From Octopus vulgaris (lineage: Eukaryota): a stretch of DNA of 64,000 bases. The stretch spans positions 28,334,001 through 28,398,000 of the forward strand of contig OX597826.1 in assembly GCA_951406725.2 (NCBI GenBank). Direction: 5' to 3'. The position numbers were made by a program, and so were the translations under genes. The first letter of the stretch is position 1, and every line of letters begins with the position of its first letter. This document shows positions 24,941 through 38,809 of this stretch, one piece after another. The notes below the pieces were generated by a model. The model searched no databases. It was given only the letters and a program-made list of their open reading frames with translations, and had not been told where the DNA came from.

Positions 24941-26843
24941 CGTCATGATCGTGGGAGAGATTATTTCGTCACTATAGTGGTGAAGATTATGAACTCACGA
25001 TGATGTAAAGAGAAGAGGCTCGCGATAGCGGTGACCATGACGTCACGACACCGGAGATCACAGCATAATGATAATGGTTCACGTGACTAAATCTCGCAGA
25101 GTATCCCTATCCGATACTCAGCTGAGTATCGAACTTGTATCATCGTCATACAGACCATCAGGCAGACATGCAGACAGGGAGGGAGACTAACTATCACACA
25201 CGTAAGACAGACAGACAGGCAGGTTGCGATTCAAATAGGCAGGGTGAGAGAGAGAGAGACAGACAGACAGACAAGGCAGACAGACAGACAGACAGGCAGA
25301 CAGACAGGCAGGCAGGCAGACTGACAGACAGGCAAGCAGGCAGATGGGACACACACGGGTTGAAAAAACAGACTAGTTGACGAAAGTGGCTATAGACAAT
25401 TAGACATGCATACATACTGAGTGAGAGACAGACAAACGGACAGGCAGGCGGGCAGACAGTCTTAGTGACAGAGACACAGACAGAGAGACACGGTGACAGA
25501 CAGATAGACAAACGGATTTAAACACAGACATGGTGAGCGGTTGTAGGGGAGCGGGGGAGAGGGAGGAGAAATGCTGCAATAACACTTAATGCAATGATGC
25601 AATAAGGTTTGAAACATGTCACTCGGTTCTAAAACAGTCTGTGGTAACAGGCGGCGGTGGCGGCGGTGGCGGCGGCGGCGGTGGTGGTGGTGGTGGTGGT
25701 GGTGGTGGTGGTGGTGGTGGTATTTGCGGTGATGTTCGTGTTAGCGGTGAAAATGGTTGGTGTATTGATATAAATGGAGGTTATTGGTCGTGATGGTCAT
25801 ATTAGCGATGGCCATGGTCGTATTGGTGATTGTAGAATTTTTGGTGGGGTGGAGTGATATTGGAGTGTCATTTCGGTTACTGTCGATTTATTTTTGGTTT
25901 CTTTTTTGCAATTTTGTTCCAACTGTCTTCAAATTTGGTTAAACCGATTTAGTTTTGCTTGCTAATGACGAGAATGAAATTCATTTACGCTATAAATTAA
26001 TAAAAAAAAAAGGTTAACAGCTTTTGCGAATTTGGGGTAATTTTAGTTAATCGAAAGCCACCATTATACACAATCAATCGTAAATCTCACATTGGTATTT
26101 ATTTCCATAGTAACAAGAAGAAGCTATAGTCTGGTCTGTTTTCATTATAACAAGGGCACAGAACTCTGCGTGACTGTAACACTTTAACCACTGTAATCAC
26201 TGGCAAAAGTTTTGACGAATTATATCATTCTCTGCCTGTATTACTTTACGACCAACGCAAGTTCGTGAGACGGTTGTGATCTGTCAACAGTTTTGAGTAG
26301 GAGCCGGGAAGAGAAGACTAAAACAAGTTATATGATGGACTGCATGCCACGTAGTGGTGGTGAAGGCGATGGTGGTGATGGTGGGAATTGTTGGGTGATG
26401 ACGGCGACGTCGATGACTGTGGTAGCTATGACGACGTTGTAATGATTCTGGTGACAACGATGATGATACTGATGATGGTGACGGTGGTTACAATGGCGGT
26501 TATGATTTTGATAATGATGATGACGATGATGATGAAGTAAAACTGTTCCATTTGACTTCGTCCCGAGATCTAGTTTTAGTTATTTATTTTGTTATATTCA
26601 ATAGCATACTTTTTCACAACGAGGGATACTGCTAAGGTGAAACCAATAAAAGGTACACAAGATAACCAGTTTAAGGGTCAGTATGTTTGCATATTATCAC
26701 GGGTACTTTTATTTGCGATATTCATGGCTCTTTGACTTGTCTCAGTCATCAGACTGCGGCCTGTTCTTTCGGATACTTACGGAAACGTAAACACACTGAC
26801 ACCGGTTGCCAGGCAGTTGTGAAGGATAAACACACACACACAC

Positions 26844-26889
<46 letters not shown>

Positions 26890-27052
26890 TGTGTGTGTGT
26901 GTGTGTATACAAGCTTCTTTCAGTTTCCGTCTACCAAATCCATTCATGAGGTTCTGGTTCTTCCTAGACTATAGTAGAAGATTGAATCATGTGATTGGTA
27001 GCAAGCTTCTCACAGCACAGCCACGGCTTTGTAATAAAAAAAATCGTGTTAA

Positions 27053-28522
27053 ATGAAATAAGGGAGGGAAGTCATAAGAGCAGTATGTATTGTGAAATGT
27101 GTGTATGGACTTGATAGATTACTGGATGATGTCTTAGAGAAATCACATTATTGTTGGTGATACAGCATTCTATTGCAGCTATATGATATGTGTTTGCGTC
27201 TAAGTGTCATGTGATGACGATTCACTCTCGAATTGCAATAGGCTCCCAGCCTGTATCATGAATGGTTATGTGGACCACTCCTATCGAAAGCCAGAGCTTC
27301 CTTCGACCACTGCATACAAAGTATTAAGAAAAAATGTTATTTAGATATACTTTTATTTTAGTTGTTTACACTATTTTATGCTTGTTTATACTCTTATATA
27401 TTCAATGTTCACAAATTTCCTTATTTAAATTATGAATCATATTCCTTTCGATAATATCAATATGATTACAAAACTTCTTTGTAGACGATATTTACTGTTT
27501 GGTCGACACTAATTTTCAAATAACTGGAATCCATTGCTCTACTCATAGTGACGTATAACTGGCTGTGTGTAAACATTGGAGTAGGTAAAAATACACTTAC
27601 ACGATCTAAAGTCTGGCCTTGTGCCTTGTTTGCTATGAATGCGCGAGCGGAATCTTTAGGGTTGCAAAAAATCAAACTAAGAATTACCTTTCACTGTTCT
27701 ATGCAAATAATGTCTGGATGTTCTGGTACCGTGGGCTATTTTGATTCATGAAACTGAGATGTAAACAACAGCCGTTTCGATTAACCGTTTCGAATCCTGC
27801 TCCAGACTGACACACTTAAGTAACCACTGAATAATCACACACTACATATTGACACACACACTTTTCCCATTTTATTTTCGCTATTAACCGTCCTCGCGAC
27901 CCTTTTCTTATCTACAATGGAGCCACGAACTAGACGATGAAAATCCAGAGTTACTCGTGGTCGATGAATGTTCAGTATAAATGCTAAGGTGGTTTAACAA
28001 TTCAAAAATCGATATCCACGAAATAATCGTACTTTCTGATTCTTTCTTTTAATGCTAAAATCTATCCTGACGACCGTCTTTGTAATCTTGAAAATTATTG
28101 TAACCATTGGTCCAGCCGTCTGGCCGTGAAGAGGAAACGGACAAAGAGACGGACAGACATAGTGACAGACGAACATAACGCCTATTTTATAGTTAGATAG
28201 CAAATCTGTCCAGCTACGATGGGAAATAAAGGGATAGTATTGCAAATCTAAACCCTCTAAATTCGCGAAATATACGTGGGAGGATGGGGAATCCAGAGTT
28301 AATCCACGTCGCCGGAATTTTAACAAAAATGTCAAAGGTGATTTAATAATACAAAACTCACTATCTACTAAATAATCATATTTTTTCACATTTTTCCCTA
28401 AAAACCTTCCGGATTACCTCCTTCGTAATCCCGAAAAACATCGTGACCATTGGTCCAGCCGTTTGACCGTGAAGAGGGAACAGACAGACGGACAGACGGA
28501 CATAACGTCCGTTACAGTAAGA
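27053..28522 (-). mobile_element. Second copy of the composite short+long Helitron, lacking the final hairpin/CTAG
   Basis: Reverse-complement homology to 1021-2445; TC start at 28522; same internal junction gatttgcta|tc at ~28197. Confidence 0.8.
27466..27650 (-). pseudogene. Helitron Pif1-family helicase C-terminal remnant
   Basis: AFIANKAQGQTLDRVSVFLPTPMFTHSQLYVTMSRAMDSSYLKISVDQTVNIVYKEVL*. Confidence 0.88.
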
Positions 28523-28549
28523 GTAATGATACATGAACAATAGAAAATA

Positions 28550-28996
28550 TGGGGAAAATAGGTTTCGTTTCGCCGACCACTGTTTTCACCGACCAATTTG
28601 AGATGAACGTAACACGTAACAATTGAGTATACCCTGTTATCCTGGATAAGTGATGACTGAATCAGTGACAAACGAGGAGAGATGTACTTCCTTTTGTCCT
28701 TCGACCAGTTCGTTGAGTTTACGGTAAAGGGAGGGGAAAATAGGTTTCGTTTCGAAACCCCAATTAGTTCTGAGAATTGTGGATGGTCACAGGGGCTCAC
28801 TTTTGCAGCCTAAGTAGAATCTCTGACCGATCGCCACCAGTGTTTTCACAGACCAATTTGAGATCAACGTAACACGTAACAGTTGAGCGTACCCTGTTAT
28901 CCCGGATTAGTGATGACTGGATCAGTGACAAACTAGGAGAGATGTACTTTCTTATGTCCTTCGACCAGTTTATTGAGCTTACGGTAGAGGGAGAGG
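28550..28996. repeat. Tandem duplication of a ~160-180 bp unit (period ~260)
   Basis: tgttttcac...gaccaatttgagat...taccctgttatcc...gtgatgactg...ccttcgaccagtt at 28581 and 28841; ggggaaaataggtttcgtttcg at 28551 and 28733. Confidence 0.85.
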
Positions 28997-29572
28997 TGCA
29001 AAGAAAGGGTTAGTTAGAACTCCACCACAGCAGCAAGAAGTGGAAACACTATCAAACTGACGCGTGTGTTAAGTTAGCTTGTGCAAAAAAGTTTTTGAAA
29101 AACATTGTCTTTATTTAATTCCTGGGGTACAAACATAGCAATACTGCAAACTGCGATGGTCCAGAACCTGGAGATGTGGATGTGTATTGGGGGGGGGGAT
29201 TAGAAATTAAACAGAGAGAGGAACAACAACATCAACAACCACAGCAACATCAATAATAACGACAACAACGATGATGACAACAACACCATGGAGAACAGCG
29301 TATGCGTAACAGAAATTTAAACAACATGTCCACATGTTAAACCGATCCCTAAAGTCTCCGTAGACCACCTAAGAATTATCTTCTCAACACGACCACACAT
29401 CATCATCATAATCACTACCATCGCCACAACCATCATCGTTATCATCATCATCAACAATATCACATACGTCATTATCATCAGCATCACAAAGTTGTTATTT
29501 GCATTTTGTTTATTTTTTTTTAAAAGCAGGGAATGACATTTACAAAATATCTAACCAAACACACACACACAC

Positions 29573-29615
<43 letters not shown>

Positions 29616-29859
29616 AATACAGGCGCGCGCGCTCAAACACGCACACAAACAAACAAATAAGCATTCACAGAGCGTCCCACCACCACCACCACTACCAACA
29701 CCACTCCTGCCTCAAAGAATTCTCAGTGGTACCAACACGCAGAAGAATCACCGAAACGAAATTTGCAGATTTCAATTCAACATCTCCAGAACTACTGACT
29801 TACATAACCAAAACCTTGTAACGCACTTTCCAGCACAGCAACAACAACAACAACAACAA

Positions 29860-30427
29860 TCCTTTCTATATAAGGCACAAGGCCTGAAGTTTTGGGGGAG
29901 GGGAGTAGTCGATTACATCGACCCCAGTGTTTCACTTGTACTTAATTTATCGACCCCGATAAAGGATGAAAGGCAAAGTCGACCTCGGCGGAATTTGAAC
30001 TCTGAATGTAAAGACATTTCGCCCGGCGTGCTAACGATTCTACCAGCTCGCCGCCTGAAAATAATAATAATAATCTTTTATTGTGCGTGTGTTTTAGCTG
30101 ACGGAAACTGAAAGAAGCTCGTCGTATATACATATATATATGTGTGTGTTTTGTGTATATGTTTGTCTCACTACTATCGCTTGGAAACCGGTGTTCGTTT
30201 ACGTTCCCTTGACTTAGCGGTTCGTCGAAATGGTTCGATAGAATAATTACCAGGATTAAACAATAAGTAGTGGGGTCCATTTGTTCGACTAAAACCTTCA
30301 AAGTGGTGCCCCAGCATGGCCGCAGTCCAACGACTGAAATAAATTAATGGTAAAAAAATTCAAAGACTGACTGAAGAATGTATTTGTTTTTAAATTGGTA
30401 AATTAAATACGGAGAATATATAGACAA

Positions 30428-30498
<71 letters not shown>

Positions 30499-30860
30499 CA
30501 AAAAAAATGAAGTTTTTCGGAAGATTTCTTCATAGCCACATTTTGAAGAATTCTCAGTAAAATGACTCGACCCCGGGACTGTTTATAAAGCTTGGTACCT
30601 ATTCTGTCGGTTTCTTTTGCAGAACGTAAGCACACCAGCATCGGCTGCCAAGCAGATGTGGGGTACAGACACAGACACTCACACATATAGACGACGGGCT
30701 TCTTTCAGTTTCCGTCAAACTCATCCACTCAAAAGGCTTTGGTTGCCCCGAGGTTGTTGTAGAAGTCATTTACCCAAGGTGCTGTGCAGTGAGACTGAAG
30801 ACTAAACCGGAGCCATGTGATTGAGAAACGGACTTCTTACCAAACAGCCATTCCTGCACC
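29860..30860. mobile_element. SINE cluster: C (-, 29860-30057), A (+, ~30095-30345), A (-, ~30530-30860)
   Basis: Family-diagnostic blocks as in the other copies. Confidence 0.75.
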
Positions 30861-31586
30861 TTTCTTAGATAAAGAAAAAGATATATTTTAATGAAAGCAG
30901 ATTAACACAAGCCTTGGGCACTGATGTTTTTGTGTAAGCGCTTTTCCTTGTTTCCAGTCTTTTAAATACACGTGTTATAATATAATCCCTATAGAAGTCG
31001 TTGTTTTTAGTCTCAAATTCAGAATTTTTATAAAGTATTCTTTTGCTTTTCTTTTGCGATCATTTTCTTCCTCTATCATGAAAAATAGGAATATTTTCAA
31101 TTTTCCATTTAAACAAATGTTTAGACCTTCACTACGTGGAAAATCTCTATCTGATCGAAGGTTAACATGCTGCTTATGTACCCTAACCCTGTCTATTAAT
31201 ATTTAATTCATCTGGGCCACTACAATTCTCATTGAATAGTGAGCGTGTAATGCAGTAAATGAGATGCTTTTATCCTGGAATTCATATTTGGATTAAACTC
31301 CAATTCCTTACCATTCTTAAATTTTGGGGTTTTTTATCCTCTTCAGTCTATACCTACGTACAAAAATGAAGTTTTTCCCTTTTCTTAACTATATTATTTT
31401 TTATAACACATACATACGTACGTACATACACACCTTGGTATGTGATTGTATTCTGCATATACATTTTAACGATCTGTGCATGCGCATACGTGCATAGATT
31501 TACGTGTGCTTATGTCATATAATATGGATACATAAATACATTTTTTCTATGAATATATATATGCACATAGATATACTTCATATATG

Positions 31587-31634
<48 letters not shown>

Positions 31635-31749
31635 CAGATATACATATGTATGTATTCCTGCTCAAGGGCTTAAACCTGCGATCACTAACAACATGTTGCA
31701 TTAAAATCGAGCGAAACAGAGTTTATTTAACGAGATACTCCTTATAACA

Positions 31750-31851
31750 TCACATGACGAGACTCTCCTGCAGAGGGATGCACCACAACCAGATGTACAG
31801 CATCCCAACCGCTATGGATCGATGCAGAATGGGTCGAAACGATCGTTGTGA
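31750..31851 (+). ncRNA. Type I hammerhead-like motif, C3>A core mutation, branched stem II
   Basis: ucac AUGACGA gacuc...ggguc GAAAC gauc GUU guga; inner helices cugca/ugcag and gggaugc/gcauccc. Confidence 0.65.
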
Positions 31852-31919
31852 GCAATGAAATTTCTCATATTCCATTTCTCTATATCACTTCTTATATACA
31901 TGCTCATGTATACCTATAC

Positions 31920-31951
<32 letters not shown>

Positions 31952-31997
31952 GTATATGTATAGGTATACAAAAATTTGCCCCTTGTGGGTAGTAAAG

Positions 31998-32086
<89 letters not shown>

Positions 32087-32477
32087 TGTGTGTCATGGAA
32101 TGTATATTTCATAAAATGAACATGTAGGGTTATATCCTCAGCTGGGCCAAAGTTGGTATTTATATAACATTGTTGTGTGTATATTACGCCAAGCTAGCGA
32201 GGTGCCTCAACTTTAGCACCTATAGTATCTAGTAGAAAAAATCCAATATGATCGCAAATGCCCGCTCCATCATATAACCCCATGCTCACATCGAAAGCAC
32301 CCTCTGTGTCGGTAACCGAAGAGATGGTGTTGTGGATTTCCACTTCGGCATCTGGTACTCAGAGTTTTATCTTGACTATTGAGTAATTGTAACATATTAT
32401 TTTATAGATATATATATATGTATATATACACACACACATACAAATGTATATATATGTGTATATACGCACACATACAA

Positions 32478-32512
<35 letters not shown>

Positions 32513-32591
32513 TAAATGAAATAAAACATATGCATATATATAAACATATATGTACGTACCTACCTCTACATGTACATATACACGCATATAT

Positions 32592-33345
32592 GAGTACAGG
32601 ACACCAAAGGGACGTCGAACACAAAGAGAAACGAAAACATAGACAAAAACCAAAGGAACTGGAAATTTTTTTAAAAACAACAAAAAATGGAGTACAGGAC
32701 AATTAACACAACGAAAAAACCCCTTCTTCAGTCGCTAAGGTTTCATCTACTCTACGTTTCGAAGGATAAAAGCGAGACGTATCTTCGACAAGAAACTTTC
32801 CTTCCTGCGAAAAGCAAATCAATTAAAATTCTGAGATCTTTTCGCAGAGGGGTAAAAAATGGTAAAAAACAGGACAGTAACGACAGTACAAAAATATAAA
32901 CAGTAAGAAAATAAACAGTAAAAAAATATAAACAGTAAAAAAATATAACAGTAAAAGACAGGACAGGGAAAAACAAGATAAGAAGGGCTGTTGACGCCGA
33001 ACGAAAAAAGTATTGCAAACGCAGAATTTTTTGTGAACGACAGGAGAGCAGGAAGAATGTCGTCCAGTTACCTTGAAGGCCAGGCCAAAAAGACAGTCAG
33101 GGCGGAAGTATCGTCGCGGGTGGACGACGGGAAGGGGGAGGAGGAGCAAGAGGAAGGGAGAGAAGAAAGGGAATGGCTGCGAGGAGACCATGAAGAATGG
33201 TGAGGGGTAGAGAGAGAGTGAAGAATGAGAGAGAGAGGAAGAGACAAGTTAAGTGGGGGAAAAAGAAAATCAAAGAATAGGGATGGGACAGAAAGGTGAA
33301 GAGTGCGCGTGAGAGTTAATATCAAAACAAAAACTTGATATCCCC
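32592..33345 (-). mobile_element. Non-coding repeat with GTACAGGAC terminus (probable PLE pLTR derivative); duplicated at 34486-35239
   Basis: Terminus shared with the foldbacks at 52485 and 61655; minus strand has a degenerate hammerhead-like UUGUCGA...GAAAC-GUA and a CUGAAGA motif; (TA)-rich flanks. Confidence 0.5.
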
Positions 33346-33507
33346 ATATATATATATGTATAAATGCATATATATATGTGTATTTATGTATAAATGCATA
33401 TATATGTGTGTGTGTATATATGTATAAATGTATATATGCATATATATACATATATATATATATGCGCATATATATATATATATATATATACATACATAGA
33501 TTTATAC

Positions 33508-33544
<37 letters not shown>

Positions 33545-33659
33545 CAGATATACATATGTATGTATTCCTGCTCAAGGGCTTAAACCTGCGATCACTAACA
33601 ACATGTTGCATTAAAATCGAGCGAAACAGAGTTTATTTAACGAGATACTCCTTATAACA

Positions 33660-33761
33660 TCACATGACGAGACTCTCCTGCAGAGGGATGCACCACAACC
33701 AGATGTACAGCATCCCAACCGCTATGGATCGATGCAGAATGGGTCGAAACGATCGTTGTGA
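33660..33761 (+). ncRNA. Duplicate of the 31750-31851 hammerhead-like motif
   Basis: Identical sequence inside the tandem duplication. Confidence 0.6.
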
Positions 33762-33829
33762 GCAATGAAATTTCTCATATTCCATTTCTCTATATCACTT
33801 CTTATATACATGCTCATGTATACCTATAC

Positions 33830-33861
<32 letters not shown>

Positions 33862-33929
33862 GTATATGTATAGGTATGCCTAAAAACTTGGCCATTGCGC
33901 CTCCATATGTATATATATATGCATAAATG

Positions 33930-33965
<36 letters not shown>

Positions 33966-34319
33966 TGTGTGTGTGTGTATGTATGTATATATCTCTATAT
34001 CATTATATATATATATAATGTATATGAACATGTATATATATATGGGTAAGTATATATATATATAACATTGTTGTGTATATATATGTATACATATAGGTGC
34101 ATATATATGTATGTTTATAGTATCTATATATATATGTTTATCTGAGTATATATGCAAATGCCCGCTCCATCATATATATATATATATATAGCACCCTATG
34201 TGTCGGTAACCGAAGTATATATATATGTGTGTTTGTATATATATGTATCTGGTATATATCATATATATATGTATGTTTAATAGTATCTACATATATATGT
34301 ATATATATATGTATACATG

Positions 34320-34350
<31 letters not shown>

Positions 34351-34366
34351 CCACACATACAAATGA

Positions 34367-34406
<40 letters not shown>

Positions 34407-35461
34407 TAAATGAAATAAAACATATGCATATATATAAACATATATGTACGTACCTACCTCTACATGTACATATACACGCATATATGAGTACAGGACACCA
34501 AAGGGACGTCGAACACAAAGAGAAACGAAAACATAGACAAAAACCAAAGGAACTGGAAATTTTTTTAAAAACAACAAAAAATGGAGTACAGGACAATTAA
34601 CACAACGAAAAAACCCCTTCTTCAGTCGCTAAGGTTTCATCTACTCTACGTTTCGAAGGATAAAAGCGAGACGTATCTTCGACAAGAAACTTTCCTTCCT
34701 GCGAAAAGCAAATCAATTAAAATTCTGAGATCTTTTCGCAGAGGGGTAAAAAATGGTAAAAAACAGGACAGTAACGACAGTACAAAAATATAAACAGTAA
34801 GAAAATAAACAGTAAAAAAATATAAACAGTAAAAAAATATAACAGTAAAAGACAGGACAGGGAAAAACAAGATAAGAAGGGCTGTTGACGCCGAACGAAA
34901 AAAGTATTGCAAACGCAGAATTTTTTGTGAACGACAGGAGAGCAGGAAGAATGTCGTCCAGTTACCTTGAAGGCCAGGCCAAAAAGACAGTCAGGGCGGA
35001 AGTATCGTCGCGGGTGGACGACGGGAAGGGGGAGGAGGAGCAAGAGGAAGGGAGAGAAGAAAGGGAATGGCTGCGAGGAGACCATGAAGAATGGTGAGGG
35101 GTAGAGAGAGAGTGAAGAATGAGAGAGAGAGGAAGAGACAAGTTAAGTGGGGGAAAAAGAAAATCAAAGAATAGGGATGGGACAGAAAGGTGAAGAGTGC
35201 GCGTGAGAGTTAATATCAAAACAAAAACTTGATATCCCCATATATATATATGTATAAATGCATATATATATGTGTATTTATGTATAAATGCATATATATG
35301 TGTGTGTGTATATATGTATAAATGTATATATGCATATATATACATATATATATATATGCGCATATATATATATATATATATATACATACATAGATTTATA
35401 CGTGCATATATATATATGTATAAACGTATATTTATATGCGTGTAAATATATATATGTATAT

Positions 35462-35762
35462 ATCACGTGATCACGTGACCGACCAGTCTATCAGATGTAG
35501 TTACACATCGCTGGTCACAATGCGTTCGCATTGTTTTAGCCTTCAAATGACGCCACCCCGCTAAGCGAGCAGGCCAACAGAAGAAAGAGTGGGAGAAAGA
35601 GTGGTGAAAGAGTTCAGCAGGGATAACCACCCCCTGCCGGAGCCTCGTGGAGCTTGCAGGTGTTTTCGCTCAATAAACACTCACAACGCCCGGTCTGGGA
35701 ATCGAAAACGCGATCCTACGACCGCGAGTCCGCTGCCCTAACCACTTGGCCATTGCGCCTCC
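35462..35762 (-). mobile_element. SINE family B, full length
   Basis: Minus head ggcgcaatggccaagtggttagggcagcggactcgcggtcgtaggatcgcg...ttcgattccc; tail ends ggtcacgtgatcacgtgata. Confidence 0.88.
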
Positions 35763-35853
35763 ATATGTATATATATATGCATAAATGTATGTATTGATAT
35801 ATATATATATATATATATATGTCTCTCTGTGTGTGTATGTATGTATATATCTC

Positions 35854-35884
<31 letters not shown>

Positions 35885-36007
35885 GCATGTATATATATAT
35901 GTAAGTATATATATATATGTGTTTGTATATATATGTATACATATATGCATATATATGTATGTTTAATAGTATCTACATATATATATGTTTATCTGAGTAT
36001 ATATGCT

Positions 36008-36051
<44 letters not shown>

Positions 36052-37494
36052 TATATATATATGTGTGTTTGTATATATATGTATACATATATGCATATAT
36101 ATATGTATGTTTAATAGTATCTACATATATATGTATATATATATGTATACATGTATGTATATATATATATATAAGTATGTATATATAATATAAAGATATG
36201 TAGATACATGCCTATGTAAGTACATATGTATATATATATATTTGTGTATATACATATGTATGTATATATATATACATATAAATATTGATATAAACATACG
36301 ACTGCATGCACACATTACGTTCGCACACATACACGTAAACACACACACACATTTATTCTTATACTGGAACTTTAATCCGTTCTTATCAAGACAGCTGGAT
36401 CATTTTCCTAATCCGCCCCACCCCGACCAGCCTCGATTCTTCGTAACCTAACTGCCAACAGCAAACCGTACCATTTTGCTGCCAGTTTCCATAACTATTC
36501 CCTCTGCCATCTTTACCTGATTTCTCACCCCACAAAACACACCCCGCTACGACACTGCCGATCCCTTCACAGATAGCTAAGTAACAAACAAAACTAGTAA
36601 GAACATAGTTTTAAAAATATTAACAAAAAAGTCAAAGAATATTCTTTGACCTAATAAAAAAAACTCACATTTTCGGAATTGGAAAACGCGATTCTTTTGA
36701 TGCTAAAATCATAAAGACTAGGAACTGCCATTTTTAACCTGAATGTTTCAGGCGCCTTCTTATATTCGACTATTTTCGTACTACTCCGTTTTTGTTTTTA
36801 TTTTTTTCATTCCGTTTAACTCTACCAGTTTGCTTCATGGAAACACATTCATAGAAGCAAATTTTCAAATATTAGTCTTTCAGGATGAGGCAAAAAAATA
36901 CCTGATTCACCAAAAAGAACGACAAAATATCGGGCGCATGAAGACGCCATTACTAAATTTCACACGCGCCATAACTATGGCCTTTTAAATTATACAAAGT
37001 CGTACCCTATAGGAATAAGTATGTCTGTATAGGTGTGAACGTAAGTGTGTGGCTATAATAGTTGGTATGACTGTCCCTGGACAAAATAGAACGCAGTATA
37101 AGTAGGTGTAGTGCATATAATTTATATATGTATGTATGTTTCTGGTTTGTTTACAAATATTATATGTACTATTAGACATTTTAAGTATATATTCATTACA
37201 TTTGGCTGAAATGATGGGTTGGCGTTTGGCCCACTCGGATGCGCAAGGAGCCATGTTAGCGTTGATTTGTGGGTTTGATTCTGGCAGGGGCTAGCTCATA
37301 ATTTTTCGGCCATTTGTTTTTATCTATATATTGTCGCTTCATATCGGGGAATAAAGTATTATTATGATATATTACTATACAATTATTATTATACGTACTA
37401 TGAGTCTTCCAGAGTAGCTTTCTCTCCGTAACTAACAAAGCCTTTCTTGTTTGTTTACAAATATTATATGGAGTACATATCTGTGTGTGTGTGT

Positions 37495-37737
37495 GGTGGC
37501 GCGAGTATTAGAGGTTAGTCTGTTGGACTCATTATCGCAAGATTGTGGTTTCGATTCCTGGACCGGGTGATGCTTTGTGTTCTTGAGCAAAATACTTCAT
37601 CTCACGTTGCTCCAGTTCAGTCAACGGGCAAAAATGAGTAATTGTGCGACGGATCGGCGTCCCGTCCAGTTGGGGGATATATACGCCTTAGAAATCAGAA
37701 AACCGGCCCTTATGAGCCTGGCATTGCTCGAGAAGGA
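37495..37737 (+). mobile_element. SINE with family D head and V-domain-like tail
   Basis: Head gtttcgattcctggaccggg, core ttgagcaaaatactt; tail gcgacggatcggcgtcccgtccag...aaccggcccttatgagcctgg. Confidence 0.7.
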
Positions 37738-37819
37738 TACATTTGTATTGTATATATATGTGTGTGTGTGTGTGTGTGTGCGTGTATATACACACACACA
37801 CATCATATATTCTTTTTTT

Positions 37820-38032
37820 CTTTTACTTGTTTCAGTCATTTGACTGCAGCCATGCTGGAGCACTGTCTTAAATGTGTTTTTTTTCCGTAGTCGAAAAAAC
37901 TCGAATCCAGGACTCGTACTTATTCTATCGGTCACTTTTGCCGAACCACTAAATTACGGGGACGTACACACACTAACACCGATTGTCAAACGATGGTGGA
38001 GAGACAAACATAGTCACAAAGACACACACAAA

Positions 38033-38088
<56 letters not shown>

Positions 38089-38240
38089 GTTAGGATTCTT
38101 TCAAATCCTGTCTACCAAATCCACTCACAAGGTTTTGGTCGGCCCTAGACAATAGTGGAAGACACTTGCCCAAGATGCTACGCAGTGGTACTGAACCCAG
38201 AACAAAATGGTTGGGAAGCAAGCTTCTTACGACACGGCCA
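37820..38240 (-). mobile_element. SINE family A
   Basis: Tail 37820-38010, (TA)n, head 38088-38240 on the minus strand. Confidence 0.8.
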
Positions 38241-38460
38241 CAATTACAGGCTTCTTACCACACCCACAATAACAAATGTGCTACTAATAGTTTCGTACTG
38301 GAAGAGAGCTTTAAGATTTATTAAACTGACTGCTATATATATAAAACTTGCCATGTATCTCTAAGTATGAAATCATTATTAGCTCTTTTGTAATTTTGTA
38401 TGTTAAATGATATTTATCTCTCAGCGAATGGAGTATATTTTTTTGTAGATCCTATAATGG

Positions 38461-38501
<41 letters not shown>

Positions 38502-38727
38502 TGTGTGTGTGTGTGTGTTTATACTCTTTTATTTGTTTCAGTCATTTGACTGCGGCCATGCTGGAACACCGCCTTTACTCGAGCAAATCTACGCCAGGGC
38601 TTATTCTTTGTAAGCCTAGTACTTATTCTATCGTTCTGTTTTGCCGAACCACTGAGTTACGAGGGCGTAAACACACCAATATCGGTTGTCAGGCGATGCT
38701 GGGAAGACAGGCAAACAGACACACACG

Positions 38728-38809
<82 letters not shown>

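Larger units (their letters stand above)
31600..35410. repeat. Near-identical ~1.9 kb tandem duplication with garbled junction
   Basis: 31630-31955 recurs at offset 1910 and 32500-33510 at offset 1894 (identical ORF translations 32687/34581, 32991/34885, 33068/34962). Confidence 0.9.

Noticed and set aside
1021-28522. Giant transposon with 1.45 kb terminal inverted repeats
   Set aside because: The two arms are diverged, carry Helitron-type ends of their own and share no flanking target duplication; best read as independent insertions.
28890-28903. 14 of 18 bp match to the I-SceI site (TACCCTGTTATCCC)
   Set aside because: Flanks do not match the site or rRNA, and the sister copy differs; likely coincidence. 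The adjacent GTGATGA/CTGA is also not arranged as a C/D snoRNA.
32991-33203. Charged 70 aa ORF present twice
   Set aside because: Lies in a purine-rich non-coding repeat; the second copy comes from the tandem duplication; no domain recognised.
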